Shown here: piece after piece, positions 51,152-62,392 of the stretch
Layout: every line of letters starts with the position of its first letter
Position numbering within the stretch: the stretch's first letter is position 1
Assembly: GCF_001194135.2 (NCBI RefSeq)
Contig: NC_068981.1
Coordinates: 74,564,456 to 74,626,847 of the forward strand
Reading direction: 5' to 3'
Length of the DNA stretch: 62,392 nt
From: Octopus bimaculoides
Taxonomy: Eukaryota
Position numbers and translations under genes: made by a program
Notes under the pieces: model-generated
Databases searched by the model: none
Told to the model about the DNA's origin: nothing
What the model saw: only the letters and a program-made list of their open reading frames with translations

Positions 51152-51282
51152 GATTTTGTCACTGCCACTGACATAAGGATTACATTGAACAGAATAAATA
51201 CTTTCCGAGATGAAGTATTTGGAGATCCACAGGTTTTACGTTCTTACTTCTATGCCATTTCGGATATTGCTATTGGTGCCCG
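51152..51282 (+). CDS. LAMC1: Laminin gamma chain (LAMC1-like) next exon, end of LN domain
   Basis: Pyrimidine tract ending ccaaAG at 51151 and donor GTAAGT at 51283. The exon is 131 nt (43 codons + CG): [43 protein letters not shown](R). It joins in phase 0 to ...SIVLQ and matches the laminin gamma segment [44 protein letters not shown]. Absent from the ORF track because it is short. Confidence 0.95.
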
Positions 51283-51383
51283 GTAAGTTTTGTAATATTT
51301 TTTCTTGAATTTTCTGACTTATCTTCATCAGTCACTTGCTTTACCTGTAATCTTGAGAAAAAAAAAACAAACATACGTGTGTA

Positions 51384-51423
<40 letters not shown>

Positions 51424-51600
51424 TGTGCGCTAACATTCAATCTTGACTCACGCTCATTTTCTGTTTGTTTGTTTTACATTTTTATACTAATTGCCGAGGA
51501 AACTTGAAATTTTTTTAAGGAGTAAAAATGCCTGGATATTCATTCTCACAGAAAAACTTTCTTATACACCTACACTGACATCAAATCTCACACACATGTA

Positions 51601-51688
51601 CTGACTCATCTCTGCGTCTTCTGACTCATCTCTGCGTCTTCTGACTCATCTCTGCGTCTTCTGACTCATCTCTGCATCTTCTGACTCA
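51601..51688. repeat. Minisatellite, 20-bp unit CTGACTCATCTCTGCGTCTT x4.4
   Basis: Directly visible. Each unit contains TGACTCA. Confidence 0.95.
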
Positions 51689-52014
51689 CACAAACTTCTG
51701 CATAAAATGCTTAGGTTTCCAATTCTTCAGTTAATTTTACTATCTCTAATAATCAAGACCCATGCCAACTTAGCAAAACTACTGATAAATACTTCAAATG
51801 CACCTTCCATATTATTCTTCTCTCATTGTGGATGTATGTGTGTGGTTTGTATAACAAACTGTCGACACATTTTTATACTTGATGATTATATTCTTGGAAT
51901 TTTTGTAAGTTCCAGTTCTTTCTCTAACTCTTCCTCAGCTCTGGAAATGCTGTCATCAGAGGAAAACTGAATTTCCATACCCTCAAAAGAATATTTTAAA
52001 CATTTTTTTATAAG

Positions 52015-53339
52015 GCACGGGCATGTGGTAAAAAGTTTGCTTCCCAACTTTATAGGTCCAGGTTCAGTTCCACTGTATGGCACCTAGGACATGTTTTTCT
52101 CTATTATTGTCTCAGACCAACCAAAGCTTTTTAAGTGCATTTAGTAGATGGGAACTGAAAAGAAGTCTCAGTACCCACTACACTCTCGGAGTGGTTGGCA
52201 TTAAGAAGGGCATCCAGCTGTAGAAACCCTGCAGATCAGATTGGAGTGTGGTGTAGCCATCTGGTTCACCAGTTCCCAGTCAAATCGTCCAACCCATGGT
52301 AGCATAGAAAGCGGACATTAAATGATGATGATGATGTATGTATATGTATGAATGTATATATCTATATATATGTATATATGTATGTGTGTATGTATATATG
52401 TATGTATATGTGTATATATATGTATGTATGTATGTATATGTGTATATATATGTATGTATGTATATGTGTATATATATGTATGTATGTNNNNNNNNNNNNN
52501 NNNNNNNNNNNNNNNNNNNNNNNNNNNNNNNNNNNNNNNNNNNNNNNNNNNNNNNNNNNNNNNNNNNNNNNNNNNNNNNNNNNNNNNNNNNNNNNNNNNN
52601 NNNNNNNNNNNNNNNNNNNNNNNNNNNNNNNNNNNNNNNNNNNNNNNNNNNNNNNNNNNNNNNNNNNNNNNNNNNNNNNNNNNNNNNNNNNNNNNNNNNN
52701 NNNNNNNNNNNNNNNNNNNNNNNNNNNNNNNNNNNNNNNNNNNNNNNNNNNNNNNNNNNNNNNNNNNNNNNNNNNNNNNNNNNNNNNNNNNNNNNNNNNN
52801 NNNNNNNNNNNNNNNNNNNNNNNNNNNNNNNNNNNNNNNNNNNNNNNNNNNNNNNNNNNNNNNNNNNNNNNNNNNNNNNNNNNNNNNNNNNNNNNNNNNN
52901 NNNNNNNNNNNNNNNNNNNNNNNNNNNNNNNNNNNNNNNNNNNNNNNNNNNNNNNNNNNNNNNNNNNNNNNNNNNNNNNNNNNNNNNNNNNNNNNNNNNN
53001 NNNNNNNNNNNNNNNNNNNNNNNNNNNNNNNNNNNNNNNNNNNNNNNNNNNNNNNNNNNNNNNNNNNNNNNNNNNNNNNNNNNNNNNNNNNNNNNNNNNN
53101 NNNNNNNNNNNNNNNNNNNNNNNNNNNNNNNNNNNNNNNNNNNNNNNNNNNNNNNNNNNNNNNNNNNNNNNNNNNNNNNNNNNNNNNNNNNNNNNNNNNN
53201 NNNNNNNNNNNNNNNNNNNNNNNNNNNNNNNNNNNNNNNNNNNNNNNNNNNNNNNNNNNNNNNNNNNNNNNNNNNNNNNNNTATGTATGTATGTATATGT
53301 GTATGTATATATATATATGTATGTATGTATATGTGTATG

Positions 53340-53374
<35 letters not shown>

Positions 53375-53695
53375 ATGTGTATGTATATATATATATGTAT
53401 GTATGTATATGTGTATGTATATATATATATATGTATGTATGTGTATGTATATATATATATATGTATGTATGTATATGTGTATGTATATATATATATATGT
53501 ATGTATGTGTGTATTTGTGTTTGTCCCCAACCAGTGTCTTCATTACTTAGCGGTTTGACAGAAAAAGACCGATATAATAAATACCAGGCTTAGGAAAAAA
53601 GGAAAGTACTGGGATTGATTTGTTTGACTAAATCCGTTAAGGTAGTGCCCCAGCATGGCCACAGTCTAATGACTGAAACTTGTAAAAGATAAGAG
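52015..53695 (+). mobile_element. SINE family A spanning an assembly gap, with nested family C 3' end and expanded (TATG/TA)n
   Basis: Head at 52015-52150, family C fragment at about 52168-52336, compound microsatellite and gap to about 53510, tail 1 at 53510-53695. Additional partial A copies lie near 6915-7085, 9280-9420, 12015-12175, 16985-17110, 28365-28500, 33290-33420, 55540-55690, 56360-56480 and 60660-60790. Confidence 0.7.
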
Positions 53696-55992
53696 TTAAA
53701 AAAACCAAAAAAAACTTTGTTATAGAAAGGTGAGAGCATCTGGAAAGTGAGATGAAAATGGTAGGAATGAGGTCTCAAAGCATATGTCTCTCAGGAGACA
53801 AGAATATGAGCATCAGAAAGAATTTGGACAGAGGATTGATGTGGGTGTGTGCATAAGTATATGAGAGTGTGAGAGGAGGGCCACAAATGATTAGAGATGG
53901 GGGTGAGTTGAGGGTAGTAAATGGTGAACAAGGGTGGAGGTATGGTTATTGGTAAATATCTGTTTGGTGATGGTAGGGTCAGTAAAAGAAATAGGAGTGA
54001 CTCAGGAAGGATGATGTGGTTAGCAGCAGTACAGGAAGGGTGGAAGGTTTCCATCTACCAAATTCTTTCACAAGATTAGTCAGCCAAAGGCTGTAATAAA
54101 GGACATTTACCCAAAGTGCTGGGTAGTGACACCACACAGCCATGTATGTGAGATGAAGATAAATTTTGTGGAAAAAGCCTTTTATTGTAGACGAGGCATA
54201 TTCCACTTGCTTATGATGCACTTTGAAAAAATTTCAAGCCTCTTAAGAAATAAATATAAAAAAATTAAGTGTATATGCAGAGACCTGTCCATACATAACT
54301 AATTGAGTCTGGAGAGCAAGCATTAACAGCATATATACTTTTCTTCTCTCTCTCTCTGTCTCTCTCACACACACACACTTATAAGGTTATAGATTTGACA
54401 AATAATACGTGATCTGTTGATTTGTTGGAGACAGTTAAGTGCATATTTTTGGTAACTAATGTGGCAAACTTTTACAAGGTAGCTACATGAAGTCATAGAG
54501 TTTGACTACAAACCCTATGAGTTCATATTTAATCATAGACATTATAATGTTCCTCCAGCAATACAACATAACTCTGCTTACTGCGATCTGTCACAGGGAT
54601 TAAAACTAGGCTCCATTTTCACTTCATTTCCCTGATCAGATGGCTGGCTGTAAAAAAAAAAAAAAAAAAAACTATAGCTTTCAATGGCCCCAAATTTAAT
54701 CCTTAAAAACATTTTCGAGTTTCCAGTTAAATTCTCTTAGTTAAAATCAGACTTGATATTCCATGGTACTATACTATCCACCCTTATCATTATCATCCCA
54801 TCTGTGTGTAATACATTAGTAAATTTTTACTGTTTAAAATATAGCTTACTAATTTATTTATTTATTTGTTTGATTTTGCATTTGCCTTGGTAGTTCTCAC
54901 TAAATCCATTTATCGTATATCAATTATAGAATACATTTCAGGCTCCTTTGTGATTTCACTTAAGTCAAAGCAGACTGCTTTTTCACCAATTAAAATATTT
55001 TACTGACAACAAGAGAAACCTTAACAAATAATAAAATAAATGTATAAATACATCACTGCTTCACATCAAATTGGAATGTCATCATGGCCTAGTTGACGAC
55101 TTGCTAGAATTTAGGACTTCTTTTTTTTTGTGTGGTGTTTGTGCTGGTGTTGAAACATTCTTTCCCCTCTTGTTGCATTCTGCTATACGAACTCTTCTTT
55201 ACTCATCTCCCACTTTCTCTCTCTCTCTTGTAAAAATCTTTGGAACTTGATGAGCTGTTACTTTGTAGATGACTAAATTATGGAAAGAAGAGAACTGGTT
55301 TTTTTTTGCATGGAATTTTGTCGGTGAACAGGTCACAGTTTCAAAGTGACAAAAATATTTTGACAAATTAAATTTAAATGTTGAAATGAATCTAACAGTT
55401 TTTGTATATTCTTTAAATGGCTTATAAACACCTTCCATGCTGCAATTATTTTAGTTTCAATACACGATCTCAGATCAGGTCACTTGCTATGCAAATACAT
55501 CTCTGTAATGTTTTTTTTTTTTTAATAAACACAGCCTTGGTTGTATGGTTAAGAATTTTGGCTTACAAACCACATGGTTTCAGGTTCAGTCCCATTGTAG
55601 AGCACCTTCGGTTAGTGTCCTCTATTTCCCTTGGCTATCTAATGCTTTGTGTGTGAATTTGCTATATGGAAACTGCTCAGAAGCGTATCATGTGTGTATA
55701 TGCACCATCTTTTAACAACTGATATTGGCATGCCAGTGGCAATTAAAAAGCACCATTCGAGTGTGGTTGATGCCAGTACCGCCTGACTGGCCCCCCCACT
55801 ACACTCTTGGAGTGGTTGGCGTTAGGGTGGGCTTCAAACTGTAGAAACCTTGCCAGATTAAATTGGAGCCTAGTGCAGCCTCCTGGCTCGCCAGTCCTCA
55901 GTCAAACCGTCCAACCCATGCCAGCATGGAAAGCGGATGTTAAATGATGATGATGATGGTGATAATGATGATTGACTTGTTTGCATCCACAT

Positions 55993-56325
55993 GAAGGTGT
56001 ATGACTCAGTGGTTAGAGCATCGGGTTCACAATCATGAGGTTGTGTGTTCGATACCCAGACTGGGCTGTGTTGTGTTCTTGAGCAAGACACTTTAATTTT
56101 ATTTTGATGTTGTTTCAGTTCACTTGGCTGAAGAAACAAGTTGTGACATCACTGGTGCCAGGCTGTATCAGTCTTTGCCTTTCCCTTGGGATGACATCGA
56201 TGTCATGGAGAGGGGAGGCTGGTATGCATGGGTGACTGCTGGTCTTCTATAAACAACCTTGCCTGAGAGGGGAGCTTTCTAGGTGCAATCCCATGGTCAT
56301 TCATGACTGAAGGGGGTCTTTACCT
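55993..56325 (+). mobile_element. SINE family E (tRNA head, CTTGAGCAAGACACTT body)
   Basis: A box TCAGTGGTTAGAG and B box GTTCGATACC. 3' end GTGCAATCCCATGGTCATTCATGACTGAAGGGGGTCTTTACC. Confidence 0.7.
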
Positions 56326-56772
56326 TATCTTGCATTCACATATCTCGGCAATTTGGCGAAAAAGACACCAGTAGAATAAGTTCTAAACTTTAAGTACTGA
56401 AGTTGATTTGATCAACAAAACACTTAAAGGTGATGCCCCAGCATGGCCACAGTTCATTGTCTGAAATCAGTAACAGAAAGAAGAATAATGGAATAACTAT
56501 TTTCACATGGTTTTGCTTCGTTTTGTGTTTGCTTGTTACCTTTTATACTTCATTATAAGTGAAAATAAATGACTTCACAGTTAAGTGTTCTTCAACGAAA
56601 ATATTTATTGCTTTTGCCCTGGCATTCATTATTGTGTTTTATTTATTTTTTTTAAATTTTGTATCGGGGAGTTGGGGGAACTCTTGAACTGAACTTCCTT
56701 TCACTTCATTATATTATTACTTGCAAAGTCATGAAAGGGATACAATAATAAATAGTAATAATTGTACTTGTC

Positions 56773-56818
<46 letters not shown>

Positions 56819-59612
56819 TAATAATAACTTCACAATTTGACAAAAGCTAGAAATTTGTAAGGAAGGGAATAGTTAATTATATTGACACCAATATTTGACT
56901 GGCTCTTTATCTTACTGAGTCTTCCCCTTCACACATACACTGGAATGATGAAAAGCAAGCTGACTTTGGTGGGATTTGAACTCAGAGGGTAAGGAGCTTG
57001 AGGTACATGTGCATTCTTGCATTTAAACAATTTCTAATTCCTGGCATAAACCAAAATTGTCTTTAATAACCAGTTGAAATGTAGCTTCTCAAATTCAAAG
57101 CTATGTACCCAATAAGTAAAAAAAAAAAAGCAAATATAAGATGGCATTGAGAGTTGCTGGTCTGACTTCCATGTATTGTTTAACCACAGGTTAGTCCTGT
57201 TTCAAAGATCAAAATAAATCTTTGATCAAAGGGGTTCTAACAATCGCCATCCAGTTTGTTTTCCTTATGGCGCAGTTTATCTTGGGTTAAATTATCCAGT
57301 GTGTCCTTTTTTTTAAAACAATCGAGCATGATTTCTGGTAAATTTAGTGGTTATTTCTGGCAGGTTGAGCAATTGCATAAATGCTTTTTTGTTGGTTCAT
57401 GTTTCTACATGTTAACAATAAAGGATATTAGTTGCTTACATGCAACAAAATGTTTTTCAAGGAAAGCACTACTTGTTTCACATAGCAATAACTTTATAAA
57501 AGGTGGCCTAAACTCAACCTGCTTCTCCTACATGGTTGGCTCACCATTATCAGTAGACATTTCTCCTCTCTGGTATAATTCCCCTACACAATGATCCAAA
57601 CATATCTGATGAAATTTGTATGGTGAAATTGGAGCATAAGACTTGCTCTTTGATACCACTGATTGTCTCCAGAAGTGATCAATATTCAACACCCTGCTCA
57701 ACATAATTTCAATGATAACAAGATATTTTTCTTAAGAATTCTTTGTTTCTGTTGCTTAGTATAATGCTCAATATTATAAGAAATGGATAGTATAATATTT
57801 ATGCTTTGCATGAGGATGTATATCAGTGTCAAGAGAAATAGGTTCAAATGAGGATCTAATTAACATTACAGTCTTTCTTTGCTTCAAGATATATTATTTT
57901 ACTTCCCTTCATTGATTACTTTATAACTTACTGTACTGTGTTTAACAGAGAAAGAAAGATTGAGTCCAGGACAAGCAACTACACTCAAAACTTTTACTTC
58001 ATGCTTAATGTGCTCTGATTTTTTAGAATGATCCAATGCAATTTGTAATTTCACTCACAGTAATAGTGAGTCATAGTAATAATTTATACATGTGTAACAA
58101 AGAAACCATGCAAGGCAGTGGTTCTTAACTATTTTCACTAAATGGTGTTTTACAAATGTTTCCTTTGCATGTTTTGAAAAAGAGAGGGAAAAATATTATT
58201 TAGTCAAGCAGAACTTGACTTTGCTCAGTGGTTTTTTATTATGCTATTCCATCCAGCATATTGCTTTTTTTTTTTAGATTATCTTCATGGACTAGTGTCC
58301 CACTGTTAAATTTGTGTAGCAATTACTGAACACAAGAAGACTTGTATCATAAAATTTTTCTGGGCTTTAGTGCATCATCACTCATGCTTTCTGTTCTGTA
58401 TTCAACTAATTCTAATCCCAATATGTTTAAAATATACCTATAGCAGCTACTTTAGTAGTGTTCGTGTCATTGTACAATGCACACAGTACACTGTTAAAAT
58501 TCTAGGTATTTGAAAGGGCACCCAAGCATAGAAATCACATGTAAGAATGACATGATCATCTGACCCATCTAGGGATCAGCCATTGTGAATAAGAACTGAC
58601 TCAGTGTGTGACAGACAAACTATCTAACCCATACTAGCATGGAAACCGGATGTAAAAGATGATGATGATGATGATGATAAGAGGTTTTTATGGTGTTACT
58701 TTCTTTGATAGACTTAAGTAGGTTTTTGACCTGATACATTTTATTAGTATCTTTTATAAGCTTTATTATTCATGGTTAATAAAATATCTAGATTAATGTC
58801 AGAGGCAGAAATGTTAGATTTATTTAAACATTGTATTATCTATGCCATTAGTTGCCACTTATTTTTACGATTAGTCTATCTTCTGTGTATTTTGTCTGTT
58901 GCTTGCTACCATGTTTGTTGTTAGCTATCTGTTGTGTCTGTCACTAGCTAATCTATTCTGTTACTATTCGAAAGAATAGCTAGCTATTTCTTTTCTACTT
59001 GTTGATTGGTGTTTCATTCTCTCTTGCTAATCATTCTCTTTTGCTAACTATCTATTCAAGTGCAATGATTTGCTATCTGTTGAATCTGTCAGTAATCTCT
59101 TGACCCTTTCACGTACTGTTATATGTCACTGGTTATCCGAGGGATCCGCTATTAGCTGTTTGTTGCATTTGTTGTTAGCTATCTGTTGCATCAGTTGCTA
59201 CATAGCCGTTCTATCTGTTGATAGTGATGTGGTGTACCTGTCATTAGCTCTCTGTTGCAAAGTATTTATTTGTCACTGTTTATCTGATACATGTGTTTCT
59301 TGTTATCTTAGCTATTACAAATGAGCTGTGTGTTCTATTTGTTGCTGTCTAGCTTGCCTGTTCTCTTCTGTATTGCTACAAAGAACATAATAGACTGTAC
59401 ACAAATCCACTGACATGTCACTTATGCAACAAAGCAAAAATATTTATAATGACAGATCACTTGGACACATAAGGAGCAGTATTACTTTGTTGCAGCAAAC
59501 TCCAACAGACTCAGCCACTACATATATAAACCAACACAAACCACCCACAACCACCATCCAGACAGATCTACCATTCTAGAAACCCAGTTCTCTCATTCAT
59601 TTTTCTGACAAA

Positions 59613-60199
59613 TATTCATGGTTTGATCAATAAGTATCCAGACTATTGTTATAGTAATGACGGGCTAAAGCATGCAGAGTGAAGCTGCTTTGCACAGACT
59701 TGAACTCTGCTGTGCATGCACACTAAGTTTTAGCATTCTAGCTCACTTCTGCTGTTTACAGCAGTGTTTGGAAGGAAAGTATGTAGCTTGTGGTTGTTGC
59801 ATTGACCACAACAGAGAAAGTTGAGCAGAGAATCTGCATCAAATTTTGTCAAAAGCTTGGCGATACCTGCACAGTGACCTACACAAAGTTTTCAAAAAGT
59901 TTGCATTGTTCTCAACACAATCAAGGTGATTTTGTGCAACTGAAATCCAAGCATTTTTTTGGTCAGCTGAAAGCAGTTTGGGCACAAACTTGGCAGACAC
60001 GTGCCTCATACCCTAATCTTCAGTGATAATGGACTGAACTGAACTGTAACTAATCTGCACATCCTCTGATAACTCATGGATGGTGATTTAATGAGTTTCC
60101 TTCATGGCTGCATGCACATCTGTGATGTTTTTCTCAGTTCTGCTGAGTGCGGATCTTCTAGAATGTTTGTCAATATCAAAATTTTTTCAGCCACCTTGA
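59613..60199. mobile_element. Mariner-family transposon fossil with internal inversion
   Basis: TIR-like start TATTCATGGTTTGATCAATAAGTATCCAGACT. The + strand encodes EKVEQRICIKFCQKLGDTCTVTY (59814-59882). The - strand (60198 to about 59885) encodes QGG*KNFDIDKHSRRSALSRTEKNITDVHAAMKETH*ITIHELSEDVQISYSSVQSIITED*GMRHVSAKFVPKLLSADQKNAWISVAQNHLDCVENNANFLK in one frame, covering HTH2 and the WVPHEL-type linker. Confidence 0.9.
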
Positions 60200-60413
60200 C
60201 TTCATTGTTTTGGCATGGTTTCTATGGCTGGATGCCCTTCCTAATACCAACCATATATATGTGTTCCTGTATATGTGTATATTTTATACTGTTGGGTTTT
60301 ACCATTGGTACCCTATTGTTTTAATATATATTTATATTCAGTTTTTGATAATTTAGGAATGATGTAAAGTTGTGTTGGTTGACCGATTGGAGTGTTTATT
60401 CATTATACACTTT

Positions 60414-60470
<57 letters not shown>

Positions 60471-60610
60471 NNNNNNNNNNNNNNNNNNNNNNNNNNNNNN
60501 NNNNNNNNNNNNNNNNNNNNNNNNNNNNNNNNNNNNNNNNNNNNNNNNNNNNNNNNNNNNNNNNNNNNNNNNNNNNNNNNNNNNNNNNNNNNNNNNNNNN
60601 NNNNNNNNNN

Positions 60611-60650
<40 letters not shown>

Positions 60651-61096
60651 TACACACGATGTGCTACAACACAGTTTTCTTCTAAATTCATTCACAAGAT
60701 TTTGATCAGCCCAAGGCTCTAGAAGAAGACACTTGTCCAAGGTGTGTAGTGGGGATGAACCTGAAACCACGTGGTTGCAAAGTGATTAAAAAAAAAAAAA
60801 CCAACACCATATGAATATGTACATACACCAGACAAATGAAGGAACCTCAATGCTATTATCTAACCTGTTTGAAATAGCAGCTAAACTTCACAAATCTGAT
60901 CCCCTGTCTTATACAAGGAAAATCTCACAAAAAACTGAAGTCCTATATAGTCTTCAAAACTCTTGTTGGTCATGGCTGGATTGCCTTTGATCACTGGTTA
61001 GCTCAATTGAGGATGACTTGGAGTTAAACAGCAGCAACATGTTTAACAAACTTGTCTGGATAGTAACGTGTGTAGACTATACCCCATGTAAAGAAA

Positions 61097-61378
61097 TATA
61101 TACTATACACCATTTTGAGCGTGGCTGTTGCCAGTACCGCCTGACTGGCCTTCATGCGGGTGACACGTAAAAGCACCCATTACACTCTCTGAGTGGTTGG
61201 CGTTAGGAAGGGCATCCAGCTGTAGAAACNNNNNNNNNNGTTGGCGTTAGGAAGGGCATCCAGCTGTAGAAACTCTGCCAAATCAGATTGGAGCCTGGTG
61301 TTGCCATCCAGTTTCACCAGTCCTCAGTCAAATCGTCCAACCCATGCTAGCATGGAAAGTGAAACGATGATGATGATG
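61097..61378 (+). mobile_element. 5'-truncated family C insertion with 16-bp TSD
   Basis: ACCCCATGTAAAGAAA at 61081-61096 and 61379-61394, consistent with target-primed reverse transcription. Other C tails lie near 8973-9150 (-), 11140-11340, 21290-21505, 40580-40750, 42490-42700, 50470-50709, 50762-50821 (-), 55745-55960 and 58530-58678. Confidence 0.85.
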
Positions 61379-61936
61379 ACCCCATGTAAAGAAACATGCA
61401 TGTTTTAGTATGCACTCAGGCTTTACACTGCACTGCTATAAAGATGCACGCATATTTCAGTGCAGCATGTGCAGACTTTCTTACTGCACCTCATATATAA
61501 AGAAAATATATGCCTTCCTCAGTCAACAAAACGTCTGTACTGCACCCAATGTCACAAAACGTGCATGTCTCACTACAAAATGTGCAGACTAAAACATTGC
61601 ACTCCAAATAAAGATACAAAGAAATACATGTCAGTACTCCACTATGATCCCCCAACATGTGGGGCTGCATGGTATTATCTAAACCAAAAGATCTGAGGGT
61701 AGCAGTTAGCTATGTGATCAACTACCTATGAGCCATAAGGTCTGTTTGATCAGTATTGGTCTGAGGTTAAACAACAGCTTCCCTTCTTCATCCTCCTCTT
61801 CATCATCATCTTTGACATCATGTTAACCATCTTCAAGTTTACCAACTTCGTCTTTGTCATCATATTTGCCCTCACCTCCACCTCTTCCTCCTCCACTTAT
61901 ACACACATATACACACAGTCACAAACATATGCATAT

Positions 61937-62137
61937 AATTGTCACTAATAGTGACTGAGGGTGCATGGTAGTACCTGCATTGCTAGAAATAAGAGTCAAA
62001 CACCCTTATAACCACAAACATAGCACAAAACTGTGTACATAGACTTGTGCTTGTTTGTGGCTATAAGGGTCTTTGACTCTTATTTCTAGCAATGTAGGTG
62101 CTCCCATACCCTCAGTCACTATTAGTTAGTGACAATT
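61937..62137. repeat. About 200-bp near-perfect palindrome (foldback / MITE-like)
   Basis: Left arm AATTGTCACTAATAGTGACTGAGGG...CATTGCTAGAAATAAGAGTCAAACACCCTTATAACCACAAACATAGCACAA pairs with the right arm. The centre CTGTGTACATAG is itself palindromic. Confidence 0.92.
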
Positions 62138-62180
62138 GAATTTTTCCTTTTTGGTTTTATATTACATCGAGCCACCTTTA

Positions 62181-62232
<52 letters not shown>

Positions 62233-62392
62233 CAGAATAAGCACATAAATGTGAAACAGAGTAATATGCTTTATTAAAAACCAGCAAAAATATCACAAAA
62301 ATTGTTACTCAGTTTCACATTCCCGTTCGTTAGACAGTTTTGTTTAGAAACAAAACTGTCCAACGACCGTGAATGTGAAACTCTGAGTAACA

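Larger units (their letters stand above)
16315..61239. other. Assembly gaps (N-runs)
   Basis: 16315-16755, 19902-19963, 23209-23218, 36667-37548, 39593-39602, 41229-41304, 46500-46681, 48414-48466, 52488-53281, 60471-60610 and 61230-61239. Most abut microsatellites or young repeats. Confidence 0.98.

Noticed and set aside
57380-57760. Possible LINE endonuclease or GIY-YIG remnant on the minus strand
   Set aside because: Only a YAP-like tripeptide matched, with multiple stops and no ordered motifs.
61196-61273. Apparent tandem duplication of GTTGGCGTTAGGAAGGGCATCCAGCTGTAGAAAC
   Set aside because: The copies flank a 10-N gap exactly, so this is most likely an unmerged contig overlap.
51283-62392. 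Next laminin exon (expected CKCNGHAS..., first LE repeat)
   Set aside because: No matching Cys-rich frame was found by eye. It probably lies beyond the window, though a tblastn search would be needed to exclude it.

Overview
AT-rich, microsatellite- and SINE-dense animal genomic DNA from a gapped short-read scaffold (11 N-runs). The repeat families and intron size point to an octopod cephalopod, probably Octopus (inference). The only supportable protein-coding content is two consecutive + strand exons of a laminin gamma-chain (LAMC1-like) gene: 9518-9819 and 51152-51282. The second exon is too short for the ORF track. They splice in frame across one 41.3-kb intron and encode the C-terminal part of the laminin N-terminal (LN) domain. 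Flanking exons lie outside the window or were not recognised. The rest is intronic and filled with tRNA-derived SINEs (four head types, three of them with alternative tails), 3' ends of an RTE-like retroelement, and DNA-transposon fossils (pogo/Tigger, mariner, Merlin-like MITE, piggyBac-like MITEs). Best leads: (1) a decayed Penelope-type minimal hammerhead ribozyme in a dispersed repeat, with a second copy starting at the predicted cleavage site; (2) a 667-bp Merlin-like MITE with perfect TIRs and TSD, nested inverted repeats and a telomere-like core; (3) a mariner fossil with an internal inversion; (4) an AP-1-motif tandem array beside the second exon; (5) a Gly-to-Arg change in the conserved LN motif TFGDE; (6) local inverted duplications and a 200-bp foldback. 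Most ORFs in the supplied track are spurious translations of repeats.
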